In this document: positions 9,198-18,541 of the stretch, piece by piece
How positions within the stretch are numbered: position 1 is the stretch's first letter
Layout: every line of letters begins with the position of its first letter
Assembly: GCA_028872915.1 (NCBI GenBank)
Contig: JAGWNY010000004.1
Span: forward strand, 13,137 to 77,136
Length of the DNA: 64,000 nt
Source of the DNA: Verrucomicrobiota bacterium
GTDB taxonomy: Bacteria; Verrucomicrobiota; Verrucomicrobiia; Limisphaerales; UBA11358
Direction of reading: 5' to 3'
Notes under the pieces: model-generated
Databases searched by the model: none
Told to the model about the DNA's origin: nothing
The model's input: the letters and a program-made list of their open reading frames with translations, nothing else
Translations under genes and position numbers: made by a program

Positions 9198-10196
9198 TCA
9201 AGCGGCCCTGGCTTTTGCGCCTTCGGTGCATTTTTTGAAGCATTCCGGGCAAATGCCGTGGGTCCATACGGCTTCGGAATGTTCGCTGATGTAGCTTTCC
9301 AATTGCTGCCAGTAGCCTCGATCATCCCGGATGCGTTTGCAGGAAGCGCAAATGGGAAGCAAGCCGGAGAGCTTTTTGACCTGTTTGAGCGCGTCGGTCA
9401 ATTCACGGATCAACTCGGTGCGCTCACGCTCCTCGCGTTTGCGCCGGGTAATGTCCCGGACAACCGCTGACGCTCCGATGACCGTGCCGTCGGCATTTTT
9501 GACCGGCGACACGGTAATGGAAACGGGGATAAACCGTCCATCCTTGCGCATTCGCAGCGTTTCGCGGGGGCCGGCGGCTTTTCCGTATTTGATGTTTTCC
9601 ATGTGGACGATGAGTTCATCCTGCCGATCCGGTGGAAAAAGTTGGGCCTCGGAACGGCCGATGATTTCGACGGCCTGATGGCCAAAAATGCGGGCTGCCG
9701 CCTTGTTCCAACTGGCAATCGTCCCGTCGAGGCTTACGCCATACACGGCATCATCGGTGGATTCGACAATGGCGGCCAGAAACTGCATGGCTGATTCGGC
9801 CCGGGCGCGGGCGTGCCGGGCCGCGGCGGCTTCGATTTCACGCTCTATGGCGGGAGCCAGCCGTGAAAGATTGTTTTTGACGACATAATCGCTGGCGCCG
9901 GCTTTCATCATTCCCACCGCAGCTTCCTCGCCGTAAGTTCCTGAAACCACGATGAATGGAACGTCCATCTTCCGGGCGCGAAGGAGGCGCAGGGCGTCAG
10001 GTCCGCTGAAATCCGGCATTGCGTAATCCGAAATGATCGCGTCCCACGCGCGCCGGTCCAGCGCCGCCGCAAACGATTTCGCGTCCTGGACACGCTCGTG
10101 AACGGCCGTCAATCCAGTCCGTTTCAACTCCTCCAACAACAACGTCGTGTCGTTTTCCGAATCTTCCACAATCAACACATGTAACGAACCCATCAT
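9198..10196 (-). CDS. response regulator receiver + PAS domain protein with a Cys-rich C-terminal motif
   Basis: Receiver: VLIVEDSENDTTLL...ISDYAMPDFSG...K. PAS-like middle region. C-terminus LPICASCKRIRDDRGYWQQLESYISEHSEAVWTHGICPECFKK. The track start at 10205 is TTG; ATG candidates lie at 10196 and 10193. Confidence 0.75.
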   Translation of the reverse strand: MMGSLHVLIVEDSENDTTLLLEELKRTGLTAVHERVQDAKSFAAALDRRAWDAIISDYAMPDFSGPDALRLLRARKMDVPFIVVSGTYGEEAAVGMMKAGASDYVVKNNLSRLAPAIEREIEAAAARHARARAESAMQFLAAIVESTDDAVYGVSLDGTIASWNKAAARIFGHQAVEIIGRSEAQLFPPDRQDELIVHMENIKYGKAAGPRETLRMRKDGRFIPVSITVSPVKNADGTVIGASAVVRDITRRKREERERTELIRELTDALKQVKKLSGLLPICASCKRIRDDRGYWQQLESYISEHSEAVWTHGICPECFKKCTEGAKARAA

Positions 10197-10541
10197 GCAC
10201 CTCAATGTCCTTGTTTAAGCAATCTTCGCGCCCGCCAACCGGCCAATCTGAAAAATGAGGGTTTTACCCCATCCGAAATTTTTCGCTGAAAATTTTCCGC
10301 GGGCGGAATTATTTCAGACGGAACAGCTTGGCAATTTTTGTCCGATCCGATGCCATGGAAGAAAAAAGCCGGGCGAAAATCTTTTGCAAATTGCGCGAGG
10401 GCATGGATGCCTTTTTTGTGGACAATCGTTCATGGAAACCGTGTACAACAAAGACAGCGGGCCGGCTGCCAAGGCAATGGAGCGCGATTGGATAAAAACC
10501 AAAGCTTGGACAGAGTCGCGGATTTAGGGCAGACTCATTTC

Positions 10542-10850
10542 ATGCACGACGTTGCAGGAAAAGTTCTGTGGATTTATATCATTCTTCTGCTGGTTGGCGG
10601 ACTGATTGGTTTCGTGAAGGGGAGCAGGATTTCGCTCATCACGTCGGCGGTGTTCGCGGCATTGCTGGCGCTGACAACGTTGCATGGCATCTTTCAACCG
10701 GTATTCGCCGCCAATCTGGCAAACATTCTCCTGGCTGCCTTGCTGGTCGTGTTTGCCGTGCGCTGGGCGGCGAAGAAAAAGTTCGTGCCGGGGGGATTGA
10801 TGTTCCTGGCCACTATTGCCGCGTTGGTATTGCGGAACATCAAGTTCTAA
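10542..10850 (+). CDS. small 4-TM membrane protein (TMEM14/UPF0136-like)
   Basis: The plausible part of ORF 10338..10850 begins at ATG 10542: MHDVAGKVLWIYIILLLVGGLIGFVKGSRISL... It has four hydrophobic helices. The upstream extension looks non-coding in composition. Confidence 0.5.
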   Translation: MHDVAGKVLWIYIILLLVGGLIGFVKGSRISLITSAVFAALLALTTLHGIFQPVFAANLANILLAALLVVFAVRWAAKKKFVPGGLMFLATIAALVLRNIKF

Positions 10851-10904
10851 TGTGCCGTTGTCCCGCCCGGACGGTTGGCGGCGGCGCAAGATTTTGCGCC
10901 GGGG

Positions 10905-12731
10905 CTAAAAGGACGCCGGATCGGGCATGTCACGCGGCTCGGCCTTTCCCGCGCGCCGTTCCTTGACCGTTTCCAAAGCGCTCCAAAGGCCCGAACGCGT
11001 AATTAATCCGATTGGAACGTCGGGATTTTCAGGCGTGACGACCGGAAGATGGCCGACGTCCTTGGCGGCGAACCGCTTGAGAATTGTAAACAAATCTTCG
11101 TGTGGAAACGCCCGATGAACTTCGCCGGACATGATTTCTCCCACTTTCACCTCGCGCCGCCGGGCTTCGGGCACCCGATGCGCCGCCAGCAGCGTCACCC
11201 GCCCGCATAATTTGTGCCCGGCCGCAACCGGCAAACCAGCCAGGCCGTAGTCGCCCATCAAACTCATGGCGTCGGCAACGGTCGCATCCTTGTTGGTGAA
11301 CACGGGCAGGTGGACCATTACGTCGCTAGTCTTGATGTGCCGCAGCACAATCGGCTCAAATTCATCTCCGTGAAAGGGAGAATCCAGGCGCGAGGGCACC
11401 TGTGCCGGAAAAATCGTTTTCCGCCCCGACAGAATAAAAGCCGCCACCACCGCAAACATGGCCGGCGCCAGCAAACTGTATCCGCCGGTCATTTCAGAAA
11501 TCATGACAATCGTCGAGATGGGAGCTTTGGCGGCGGCCCCGAAAAATGCGACCATGCCCACAATGGCGAAATCGCCCGGATGTGGCGCCAGAGACGGCAT
11601 CAAATGGTTGGCGGCAACGCCAAAAATCCCGCCAAACAAGCCCCCCGTGACGACGCTCGGTCCAAAAATACCGCCCGAATTGCCCGAACCCAGCGTCAGC
11701 GATGCTCCCACAATCTCCGCAAAGGCCGCCGCCATAAGGAGGGACGGATGCGCCTCCCAAGACGCCATGTTGCCGCCGGTGATGGCAAATTGCGCCCAAC
11801 CATACCCGGTGCCCAGCACCGCCGGGACCGCCAGACCGAGCAGGCCCGTGCAGCATCCCCCGATCGTTGTGGCGAGCCAGAGCGGATAGCGCTGGAAGAA
11901 CCGCTCCACGCGAAAATAGATTCCGAACATCACGCGGGCCAGCAGGCCGCAACTGATTCCCAAAAAGGCATAGAGGAACAGCGATAGAGGGCTGCCGAAG
12001 CCATTGGATTCGGGAGGCGGCGTGAAAATGGGCTGAAAACCGATGACGGAGCCTACAATGGTGTAACCGATGACGGAGGCAATCAGGCCGGGCACCAGCG
12101 CTTCGACTTCGAAGTCCTCGGTATAAAAAATTTCAGCCCCGATAATGGCGCCGGCGAGCGGCGCCTTGAAAATGGCGGCGATACCCGCTCCCAGGCCGGC
12201 GGCCAGAGCCACGTTCCGTTCCTTTGCCGGAAGCTTTAAAAGCCGGGCGATGCTGGCTCCGGTTGCCGCGCCAATTTGCGCCACAGGCCCTTCGCGTCCC
12301 GACGTCAGGCCGCCGCCGATGGTGATGGCGGAGGTCACCAGTTTGATGAGAGAGGTCCGGAAGCCGATTTTTTCTCCGTTGTGGAAGGCGCGGATGGCGG
12401 CATTGGTGCCGATCCCGGCGGTTTCCGGGGCCAGTTTCCAGACAATCAAGCCTCCGATGAGGCCGGCGGCGCCCGTGACGCAAGGCAGCAGCCAGGGTCG
12501 CGCCATCTGATAGATGTAATGGCCGCCGCCGCCCTCGCCGCCCGGCATCGGCGGCGTGTAGCCCACGGCCATGCCAAGGGCATAGTGGTTGACGAATGTA
12601 ATGGACCACAGCAGCGCCAGCGACCCCAACCCCGCGCCGACGCCTATTAGGACCCCTACCAACCCCCATTTCCGCAGAAAAGTCGCGCCTTGTTCAATTT
12701 CACTGAGTTGCTTCGTTAATCGTTTATACAT
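10905..12731 (-). CDS. ClC-family chloride channel/antiporter with a C-terminal CBS pair
   Basis: 608 aa. GSGREGP-like SGREGPVAQIG, GIFGPS (GxFxP), multiple TM helices, then a soluble CBS-like tail (DVMVHLPVF...GLPVAA...VGHLPVV). Confidence 0.8.
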   Translation of the reverse strand: MYKRLTKQLSEIEQGATFLRKWGLVGVLIGVGAGLGSLALLWSITFVNHYALGMAVGYTPPMPGGEGGGGHYIYQMARPWLLPCVTGAAGLIGGLIVWKLAPETAGIGTNAAIRAFHNGEKIGFRTSLIKLVTSAITIGGGLTSGREGPVAQIGAATGASIARLLKLPAKERNVALAAGLGAGIAAIFKAPLAGAIIGAEIFYTEDFEVEALVPGLIASVIGYTIVGSVIGFQPIFTPPPESNGFGSPLSLFLYAFLGISCGLLARVMFGIYFRVERFFQRYPLWLATTIGGCCTGLLGLAVPAVLGTGYGWAQFAITGGNMASWEAHPSLLMAAAFAEIVGASLTLGSGNSGGIFGPSVVTGGLFGGIFGVAANHLMPSLAPHPGDFAIVGMVAFFGAAAKAPISTIVMISEMTGGYSLLAPAMFAVVAAFILSGRKTIFPAQVPSRLDSPFHGDEFEPIVLRHIKTSDVMVHLPVFTNKDATVADAMSLMGDYGLAGLPVAAGHKLCGRVTLLAAHRVPEARRREVKVGEIMSGEVHRAFPHEDLFTILKRFAAKDVGHLPVVTPENPDVPIGLITRSGLWSALETVKERRAGKAEPRDMPDPASF

Positions 12732-12941
12732 GACCGGCGTCTAAACTAAAAATCCTTGCCCAAAAAATCCGCCGCGCAATCACTGTACCCCCAATGGCAA
12801 CGCGGCTTGGGAAGCTTAAGGTTAAAGCGGATCGGCGCTGATGGCCATCTTTTTTGGAGCGGAAGATAATCCAGGGGCGCGCCAGCCGGGTTTTTCCTTT
12901 CGTTTCGGACAAAATTTGTATTCAATCCGGCCATTTGAATC

Positions 12942-14456
12942 ATGCCCAGGCGCACTGACATCCACAGCGTTCTCATCATTGGCGCGGGTCCCATCATCAT
13001 CGGCCAGGCTTGTGAGTTCGATTATTCGGGCACGCAGGCGTGCAAGGCGCTCAAAGAGGAGGGTTACCGTGTTTTGCTCGTAAATTCCAACCCGGCCACG
13101 ATCATGACGGACCCGGAATTTGCCGACCGCACCTATATCGAGCCGATTACCCCCGAATGCGTCGAAAAAATAATTATTCGCGAACAAGAGGCGTTGAAAC
13201 GGAGCCGGAAAAACGCGGAGGCGAAACTGGTGTTGCTGCCCACGTTGGGCGGGCAGACCGCCTTGAACACGGCGATGGCGTTGCACCGGTCCGGCGTTCT
13301 GGAGAAGCTGGGCGTGGAAATGATTGGCGCGAAGCCGGAGGCGATACATAAGGGCGAAGACCGTGAAGCGTTCAAACAATTGATGATAAGCATCGGACTG
13401 GACGTTCCAGTTTCGGGCACGGCGCATGACATGGCGGAGGCCCGGTCCGTTGCCGAAAGGATAGGGCGGTTTCCCCTGATCATCCGTCCGGCATTCACGC
13501 TGGGCGGCACCGGCGGGGGCATTGCCTATAACCGCGATGAGTTTGAAGAAATCGCCAGGCGCGGCATGGATTTGTCGCCGGTCTCGGAAATTTTGATCGA
13601 AGAATCGCTGCTGGGCTGGAAGGAATTTGAGATGGAGGTGATGCGCGACAAGGCGGACAACTGTGTCATTATTTGTTCCATCGAAAATTTCGATCCCATG
13701 GGCGTGCACACGGGAGACAGCATCACCGTCGCGCCGACTCAAACGCTGACCGATAAGGAATATCAAATCATGCGGGACGCGAGTTTTGCCGTGATCCGGG
13801 CCGTTGGCGTTGAAACGGGGGGGTCAAATATCCAGTTCGCCGTGAACCCGGACAATGGGCGGATGGTGGTGATAGAAATGAATCCGCGCGTGAGCCGCAG
13901 TTCGGCGCTGGCGTCCAAGGCGACGGGATTCCCCATCGCCAAAATCGCGGCCAAACTGGCCGTCGGCTATCTGCTGGACGAAATCAAAAACGACATCACC
14001 CGCGAAACCCCCGCCAGTTTCGAGCCGACGATTGATTACGTGGTCACGAAAATTCCCCGGTTCGCGTTTGAAAAGTTTCCGCAGGCGGACCCGACGCTCA
14101 CCACGCAAATGAAGAGTGTTGGCGAGGCGATGGCCATTGGACGCACGTTCAAGGAAAGCCTGCAAAAATGCCTGCGCTCGCTGGAGATTGGCCGCGCCGG
14201 GCTGGGCGGCGACGGAAAACCCTGGCGCATCGGCGCGGAGGTTTATGGCGACCGGGACCTTCTGCCGCGGGACTTGATTTCCCGTAAATTATCCGTGCCG
14301 AACGCGGAGAGGATTTTTTTCATTCGCCACGCCTTGCGCGCGGGTTTTGGCATTGAGGAGATTTTCAACCTGACAAAAATTGACCGCTGGTTTTTGGCGC
14401 AGATCAAGGAAATCGTGGATTGCGAGGAGGAACTGTTCGCAAGCCGGGAAAACTGA
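12942..14456 (+). CDS. carB: carbamoyl-phosphate synthase large subunit, N-terminal half only (504 aa)
   Basis: [59 protein letters not shown]... through the first ATP-grasp and the start of the oligomerisation region. Ends at TGA 14454-14456. No continuation in any forward frame; a convergent gene follows. Confidence 0.8.
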   Translation: MPRRTDIHSVLIIGAGPIIIGQACEFDYSGTQACKALKEEGYRVLLVNSNPATIMTDPEFADRTYIEPITPECVEKIIIREQEALKRSRKNAEAKLVLLPTLGGQTALNTAMALHRSGVLEKLGVEMIGAKPEAIHKGEDREAFKQLMISIGLDVPVSGTAHDMAEARSVAERIGRFPLIIRPAFTLGGTGGGIAYNRDEFEEIARRGMDLSPVSEILIEESLLGWKEFEMEVMRDKADNCVIICSIENFDPMGVHTGDSITVAPTQTLTDKEYQIMRDASFAVIRAVGVETGGSNIQFAVNPDNGRMVVIEMNPRVSRSSALASKATGFPIAKIAAKLAVGYLLDEIKNDITRETPASFEPTIDYVVTKIPRFAFEKFPQADPTLTTQMKSVGEAMAIGRTFKESLQKCLRSLEIGRAGLGGDGKPWRIGAEVYGDRDLLPRDLISRKLSVPNAERIFFIRHALRAGFGIEEIFNLTKIDRWFLAQIKEIVDCEEELFASREN

Positions 14457-14525
14457 TCCAGGGAACCCCGGCCATTCGCCGGCGCCGGCGCAAAACCATA
14501 TCCGGGTGGCAAGCGGACGCATCGG

Positions 14526-15479
14526 TCAAAAAAAATTATACTTCACGATGCACCACAGGGCGTGAACGCCGTCGCGCCAGCCAACTTTTTTCCCTTCGGC
14601 GTAGGTGCGGCCATGATAAGAAATGGCTACCTCATAAACCCGCGCCCGCAGCCGCGCCATTTTGGCCACAATTTCCGGCTCGAAGCCAAAACGATTCTCC
14701 TCAATGCGAATTTTCTCGAGAATTTCCCGCCGGAACATTTTGTAGCAGGCTTCCATGTCGGTCATGTTCAAATTCGCCGCCATGTTGGAAAGGGTCGTCA
14801 GCAGATTGTTGCCAACGTAATGCCAGTAATACAAGACGCGATGCGCGCCGGCGCCCAAAAAGCGCGATCCAAACACCACATCCGCCTTTCCCGACAAAAT
14901 CGGCGTAAGCAGGCGGAAATATTCGGCGGGATCGTATTCGAGGTCCGCATCCTGAATCATCACGATGGGCGCATTGGTGTGGGCAAAACCGGTCCGTAGC
15001 GCGGCCCCCTTGCCCTCGTTGAATTCGTGGCGGATGAGCTGGATGCGCGGCTCGTTTCGGGCAAGGCGTTGCAATTTTTCCCAGGTGCCATCCGTGGAGG
15101 CGTCATCTACAATCACAAGTTGCCGCACGGGCCGTTGCGCCAGCACCACGCCAATGACGCTCTCGACCGTGGCCGCCTCATTGAAAACGGGCATAACGCA
15201 GGCAAGGCAGGGCGGAACGTCCGCGTTGGAGGCGGGCAGCGCCGCTAAAATGGAAAGGCCGCCTGAAATCCCCGCGCGCGGTTCATCCCCGCGCGCCTGG
15301 CTGTCGGGGCCGCGAACGGCCGCCATGTTGCCTGTCTGATTTTCCAGCGTGGACACAAAAATAGTATGGCCATCGCCCATGGAAAATTCAACGCGCAAAA
15401 GCCGGGGCGGGGAGTATGCGTCCTGATGCTTCCCCGCGCGATTTCTCCTTCTACCCGCGGGGGAAACGAGCGGGACCAT
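14526..15479 (-). CDS. family 2 glycosyltransferase (dolichyl/polyprenyl-phosphate sugar synthase-like)
   Basis: VMPVFNEAATV...VIVDDASTDGT...GKGAALRTGF...IQDADLEYDP...EPE. Typical GT2 DxD organisation. The true start is probably internal to the 317-aa ORF. Confidence 0.75.
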   Translation of the reverse strand: MVPLVSPAGRRRNRAGKHQDAYSPPRLLRVEFSMGDGHTIFVSTLENQTGNMAAVRGPDSQARGDEPRAGISGGLSILAALPASNADVPPCLACVMPVFNEAATVESVIGVVLAQRPVRQLVIVDDASTDGTWEKLQRLARNEPRIQLIRHEFNEGKGAALRTGFAHTNAPIVMIQDADLEYDPAEYFRLLTPILSGKADVVFGSRFLGAGAHRVLYYWHYVGNNLLTTLSNMAANLNMTDMEACYKMFRREILEKIRIEENRFGFEPEIVAKMARLRARVYEVAISYHGRTYAEGKKVGWRDGVHALWCIVKYNFF

Positions 15480-15539
15480 TCACCAGCAAAGCCCATACTT
15501 GGCTCTTGCAATGGATCGCGTGACATTCTTTAATCCGGC

Positions 15540-16643
15540 ATGGATTCGCGCGAGGCGCTCGTGGCGCTGAATATGATCGAGCACGTCGGGCCGGTGCGCG
15601 CCCGCCTGCTGCTTGAACATTTCGGCGATGCCGCGAAAATTCTGGCCGCGTCCCATTCCGAACTGCTTCGCGTGCATGCCATCGGCGCTGAAACCGCCGG
15701 GGCGATTGTCCGCTGGAAAAAAGATATTGACCTGGCCGGGGAACTGAAACGCATTTCGGATTTCGGCTGCCACGTGCTGGTCGCCGCGGACGAACGGTAT
15801 CCGCCTCTGTTGCGCGAGATTTACGATCCGCCGCTCGTGCTCTACGTCAAAGGAAGCCTGACGGCGAAGGACAAAAATGCCGTGGCCATGGTCGGTTCGC
15901 GCCAGACCACCCATTATGGCATGGAGTCGGCCCGCAAGCTGGCGTATCAACTGGCTTACGTGGGCGTGACAGTGGTCAGTGGTGGCGCCCGCGGCATTGA
16001 CACGGCGGCACATCAGGGGGCGTTGAGCGCCAAAGGCCGCACCATTGCGGTTCTGGGGACGGGCATCAATCTCGTTACCCCGCCTGAAAACGCGGAACTT
16101 TTTGAGCGCATCGCGCAACAGGGGGCGATTGTCACTCAATTTCCGTTCAACCGCCCGGCTGACCGGCAAAGTTTCCCCATTCGCAACCGTATCGTGGCGG
16201 GAATGACGTTGGGCACGGTGGTTGTGGAAGCCGACTTGCACAGCGGCGCCTTGATCACCTCCAATTTCGCCACCGATTACGGCCGTCAGGTCTTTGCCCT
16301 CCCGGGCCGCATTGATTCGCCACGAAGCAAGGGCTGCCATGACTTGATAAAAAAGGGCGCCAAGCTATGCGAAGACGCCGCGGACATTCTGAGCGAATTT
16401 GAATATCTGTTTCCCCAGTCGAACCGTCCCTCCGCGGCGCAGACGGGTGCCCTGCCGGCGCTGGAACTTTCGGAAAGCGAGCAGAAGGTTTTTGACGCGC
16501 TGAACGGAGACGAACGCGCCATTGACGAGATCATCCGCCACAGTGGTTTGCCGGCGTCGGCCGTTTCCGTGGCGCTGTTGAGCCTGGAGATGAAGCGCGT
16601 GGTCAAACAACTGCCGGGCAAGGTGTTTGTCCGCAACCGATGA
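15540..16643 (+). CDS. dprA: DNA processing/protecting protein DprA
   Basis: 367 aa. LNMIEHVGPVRARLLLEHFG, YPPLLREIYDPPLVLYVKG, GGARGIDTAAHQGAL, plus a C-terminal winged-helix-like tail. Confidence 0.85.
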   Translation: MDSREALVALNMIEHVGPVRARLLLEHFGDAAKILAASHSELLRVHAIGAETAGAIVRWKKDIDLAGELKRISDFGCHVLVAADERYPPLLREIYDPPLVLYVKGSLTAKDKNAVAMVGSRQTTHYGMESARKLAYQLAYVGVTVVSGGARGIDTAAHQGALSAKGRTIAVLGTGINLVTPPENAELFERIAQQGAIVTQFPFNRPADRQSFPIRNRIVAGMTLGTVVVEADLHSGALITSNFATDYGRQVFALPGRIDSPRSKGCHDLIKKGAKLCEDAADILSEFEYLFPQSNRPSAAQTGALPALELSESEQKVFDALNGDERAIDEIIRHSGLPASAVSVALLSLEMKRVVKQLPGKVFVRNR

Positions 16644-16665
16644 CGACAGCGGACCGCCGCCGACA

Positions 16666-17472
16666 ATGATCCATCCCACCGCCATCATTCATCCGCAGGC
16701 AAAACTGGACTCCACCGTGCGCGTGGGGCCGGGCGCGGTCATTGACGAAGGGGTTCAACTGGGGCCGGATTGCGTGGTGGGGCCGCACGTTTATTTGACG
16801 GGACGCATCCAGGCGGGCATGGGCAACCGGTTCCACGCGGGATGCGTGATCGGGGACGCGCCGCAGGACCTCAAATATGATGGCGCGCCCACGGGACTTC
16901 GCATTGGCGATCACAATGTTTTTCGTGAACACGTCACCGTGCATCGCTCCAACAAGATGACGGAGGAGACTGTGATCGGCTCGCGTAATTTTCTCATGCA
17001 GCATTCGCACGTGGCGCATAATTGCATCATTGGCAGTCATGTGATTCTGGTGAGCGGCGCGTTGCTGGCCGGGCACGTGGTTGTGGAAGACCGCGCCTTC
17101 ATTTCCGGAAACTGCATGGTGCATCAATTCACCCGGATTGGGACACTGGCCTTGATGCAGGGCGGCGCGGGCGTCAGCAAGGATTTGCCGCCCTTTTGCA
17201 TTGCGTCGCGGATTAATCTGATTTGCGGACTGAATTCGGTGGGGCTGCGCCGCGCCAATTTTTCGGCCGAAGACCGCCTTGAACTCAAGCGCGTTTACCA
17301 TTATCTCTTTCGCAGCGGAAAAAATTTGCGCGACGCCCTTGCGGAGGCCAAAAAAATATTTTCCAGCGAGCCGTCGAAGGTTCTGCTGGAGTTTGTGGCG
17401 GGCGCCAAACGCGGCGTTTGTGCCGACGCGGGAAGCATCCCCGCCGACGTGCGGGAACAAGACGCCGTCTAA
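16666..17472 (+). CDS. lpxA: acyl-ACP--UDP-N-acetylglucosamine O-acyltransferase
   Basis: MIHPTAIIHPQAKLDSTVRVGPGAVIDEGVQLG... hexapeptide repeats, then QDLKY, VHRS and a helical C-terminus. ATG at 16666 sits just after the dprA stop (16641-16643). Confidence 0.8.
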   Translation: MIHPTAIIHPQAKLDSTVRVGPGAVIDEGVQLGPDCVVGPHVYLTGRIQAGMGNRFHAGCVIGDAPQDLKYDGAPTGLRIGDHNVFREHVTVHRSNKMTEETVIGSRNFLMQHSHVAHNCIIGSHVILVSGALLAGHVVVEDRAFISGNCMVHQFTRIGTLALMQGGAGVSKDLPPFCIASRINLICGLNSVGLRRANFSAEDRLELKRVYHYLFRSGKNLRDALAEAKKIFSSEPSKVLLEFVAGAKRGVCADAGSIPADVREQDAV

Positions 17473-17520
17473 ACGATGGACTTGAACGGCGCGGTTTCCC
17501 GCCGCTGTCCCAACATTGAC

Positions 17521-18009
17521 ATGTATAAGATCATAGGAACCGATGGACGCGAATACGGCCCGGCGACGGCCGAACAATTGCGTCAATGGGTGGCCCAGGG
17601 CCGCGCCGCCGCGCAAACCAGGACGCTGGCCGAGGGAGCCACAGACTGGCGCCCCCTGGCCATGCTGCCGGAATTTGCCAGCCTTTTTCCCGCGGGTCCT
17701 CCCACAATCTCGCCGCCACGGTTTCCACGGCGGAACAGCGCCTTGGCCACGGCGGGGCTGGTTTTTGGCGCGCTCTCGTGGATCGTTTGTTGCTGTTACG
17801 GCTTTCCGTGCAATTTGGTCGGGCTGGTCCTTTCCATCATTGCCCTGGTGGAAATCAACAGCCATCCGGATGTCTATGAGGGACGGAGCCAGGCCATTGC
17901 GGGGCTGATCCTTGCCGCAACCAGCATTCTTTTTTACGGCATCCTCTTCACCATTGCCCTGGCCACGGGTGGCTTCCGCGCGCAGTTCGGCCATTTCACA
18001 ATGCCATGA
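17521..18009 (+). CDS. GYF_2 (DUF4339)-like N-terminal domain + DUF4190-like membrane domain protein
   Basis: MYKIIGTDGREYGPATAEQLRQWVAQGR...WRPL, then two TM helices with CCCYG. ATG at 17521 is preferred over the track start at 17476. Confidence 0.5.
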   Translation: MYKIIGTDGREYGPATAEQLRQWVAQGRAAAQTRTLAEGATDWRPLAMLPEFASLFPAGPPTISPPRFPRRNSALATAGLVFGALSWIVCCCYGFPCNLVGLVLSIIALVEINSHPDVYEGRSQAIAGLILAATSILFYGILFTIALATGGFRAQFGHFTMP

Positions 18010-18437
18010 CTGCGCCATCGCCAATGCCCCTTCCCCCAAAAATCCGGCCTGCGCCGTCCCTGGCCTTTTTCAGCGTCACCCTTGTGGCCGCGACCACGTT
18101 CGCCGCTTGCGCCCTGGTGTTTTTTTTCAATCCCAGCAAGCACGCCTTTTATCCGGTGTGCCTGTTCCATCGTCTCACCAGGCTGAATTGCCCCGGCTGC
18201 GGTGGCACGCGGGCCGTTTATGCTCTTTTGCACGGGCGTTTCGAAACCGCGTTGCGGGACAATGCCTTGTTCATTGGCTTGCTTCCGGCGCTCGCCCTGC
18301 GCGGCGCGTGGATTGCCATAAGAAAGCCCCCGGCGACTCCATTTTTTCCACCCGGAATTTTGTGGGGTTTGCTCGTCGTTGCCATTCTATTTGCGGTGCT
18401 GCGGAATCTGCCGCAGTTTTCGTTTCTGTCTCCATGA
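18006..18437 (+). CDS. DUF2752-like membrane protein
   Basis: 143 aa. CLFHRLTRLNCPGCGGTRA motif followed by TM helices. ATGA overlap with the previous ORF. Confidence 0.55.
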   Translation: MTAPSPMPLPPKIRPAPSLAFFSVTLVAATTFAACALVFFFNPSKHAFYPVCLFHRLTRLNCPGCGGTRAVYALLHGRFETALRDNALFIGLLPALALRGAWIAIRKPPATPFFPPGILWGLLVVAILFAVLRNLPQFSFLSP

Positions 18438-18541
18438 ATCCGGAGCGCGGCTGGTCCCCGACCAGCCGCGGCACAATAAAAACCAGGCCATCCTGAAGAG
18501 TTTGACCGCAAGGCGCGGATGCGGTCATCATCCGTCCATCA

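Noticed and set aside
10883-10900. Hairpin GGCGCAA-GATT-TTGCGCC between the convergent TMEM14-like and ClC genes, considered as a bidirectional terminator.
   Set aside because: The stem is short and there is no flanking T- or A-tract on either strand. Not enough support to call it.
14420-14908. ORF 14420..14908(+) as a frameshifted continuation of carB.
   Set aside because: The translation ([25 protein letters not shown]...) bears no resemblance to the CarB oligomerisation or second ATP-grasp regions. It is antisense to a good GT2 gene.
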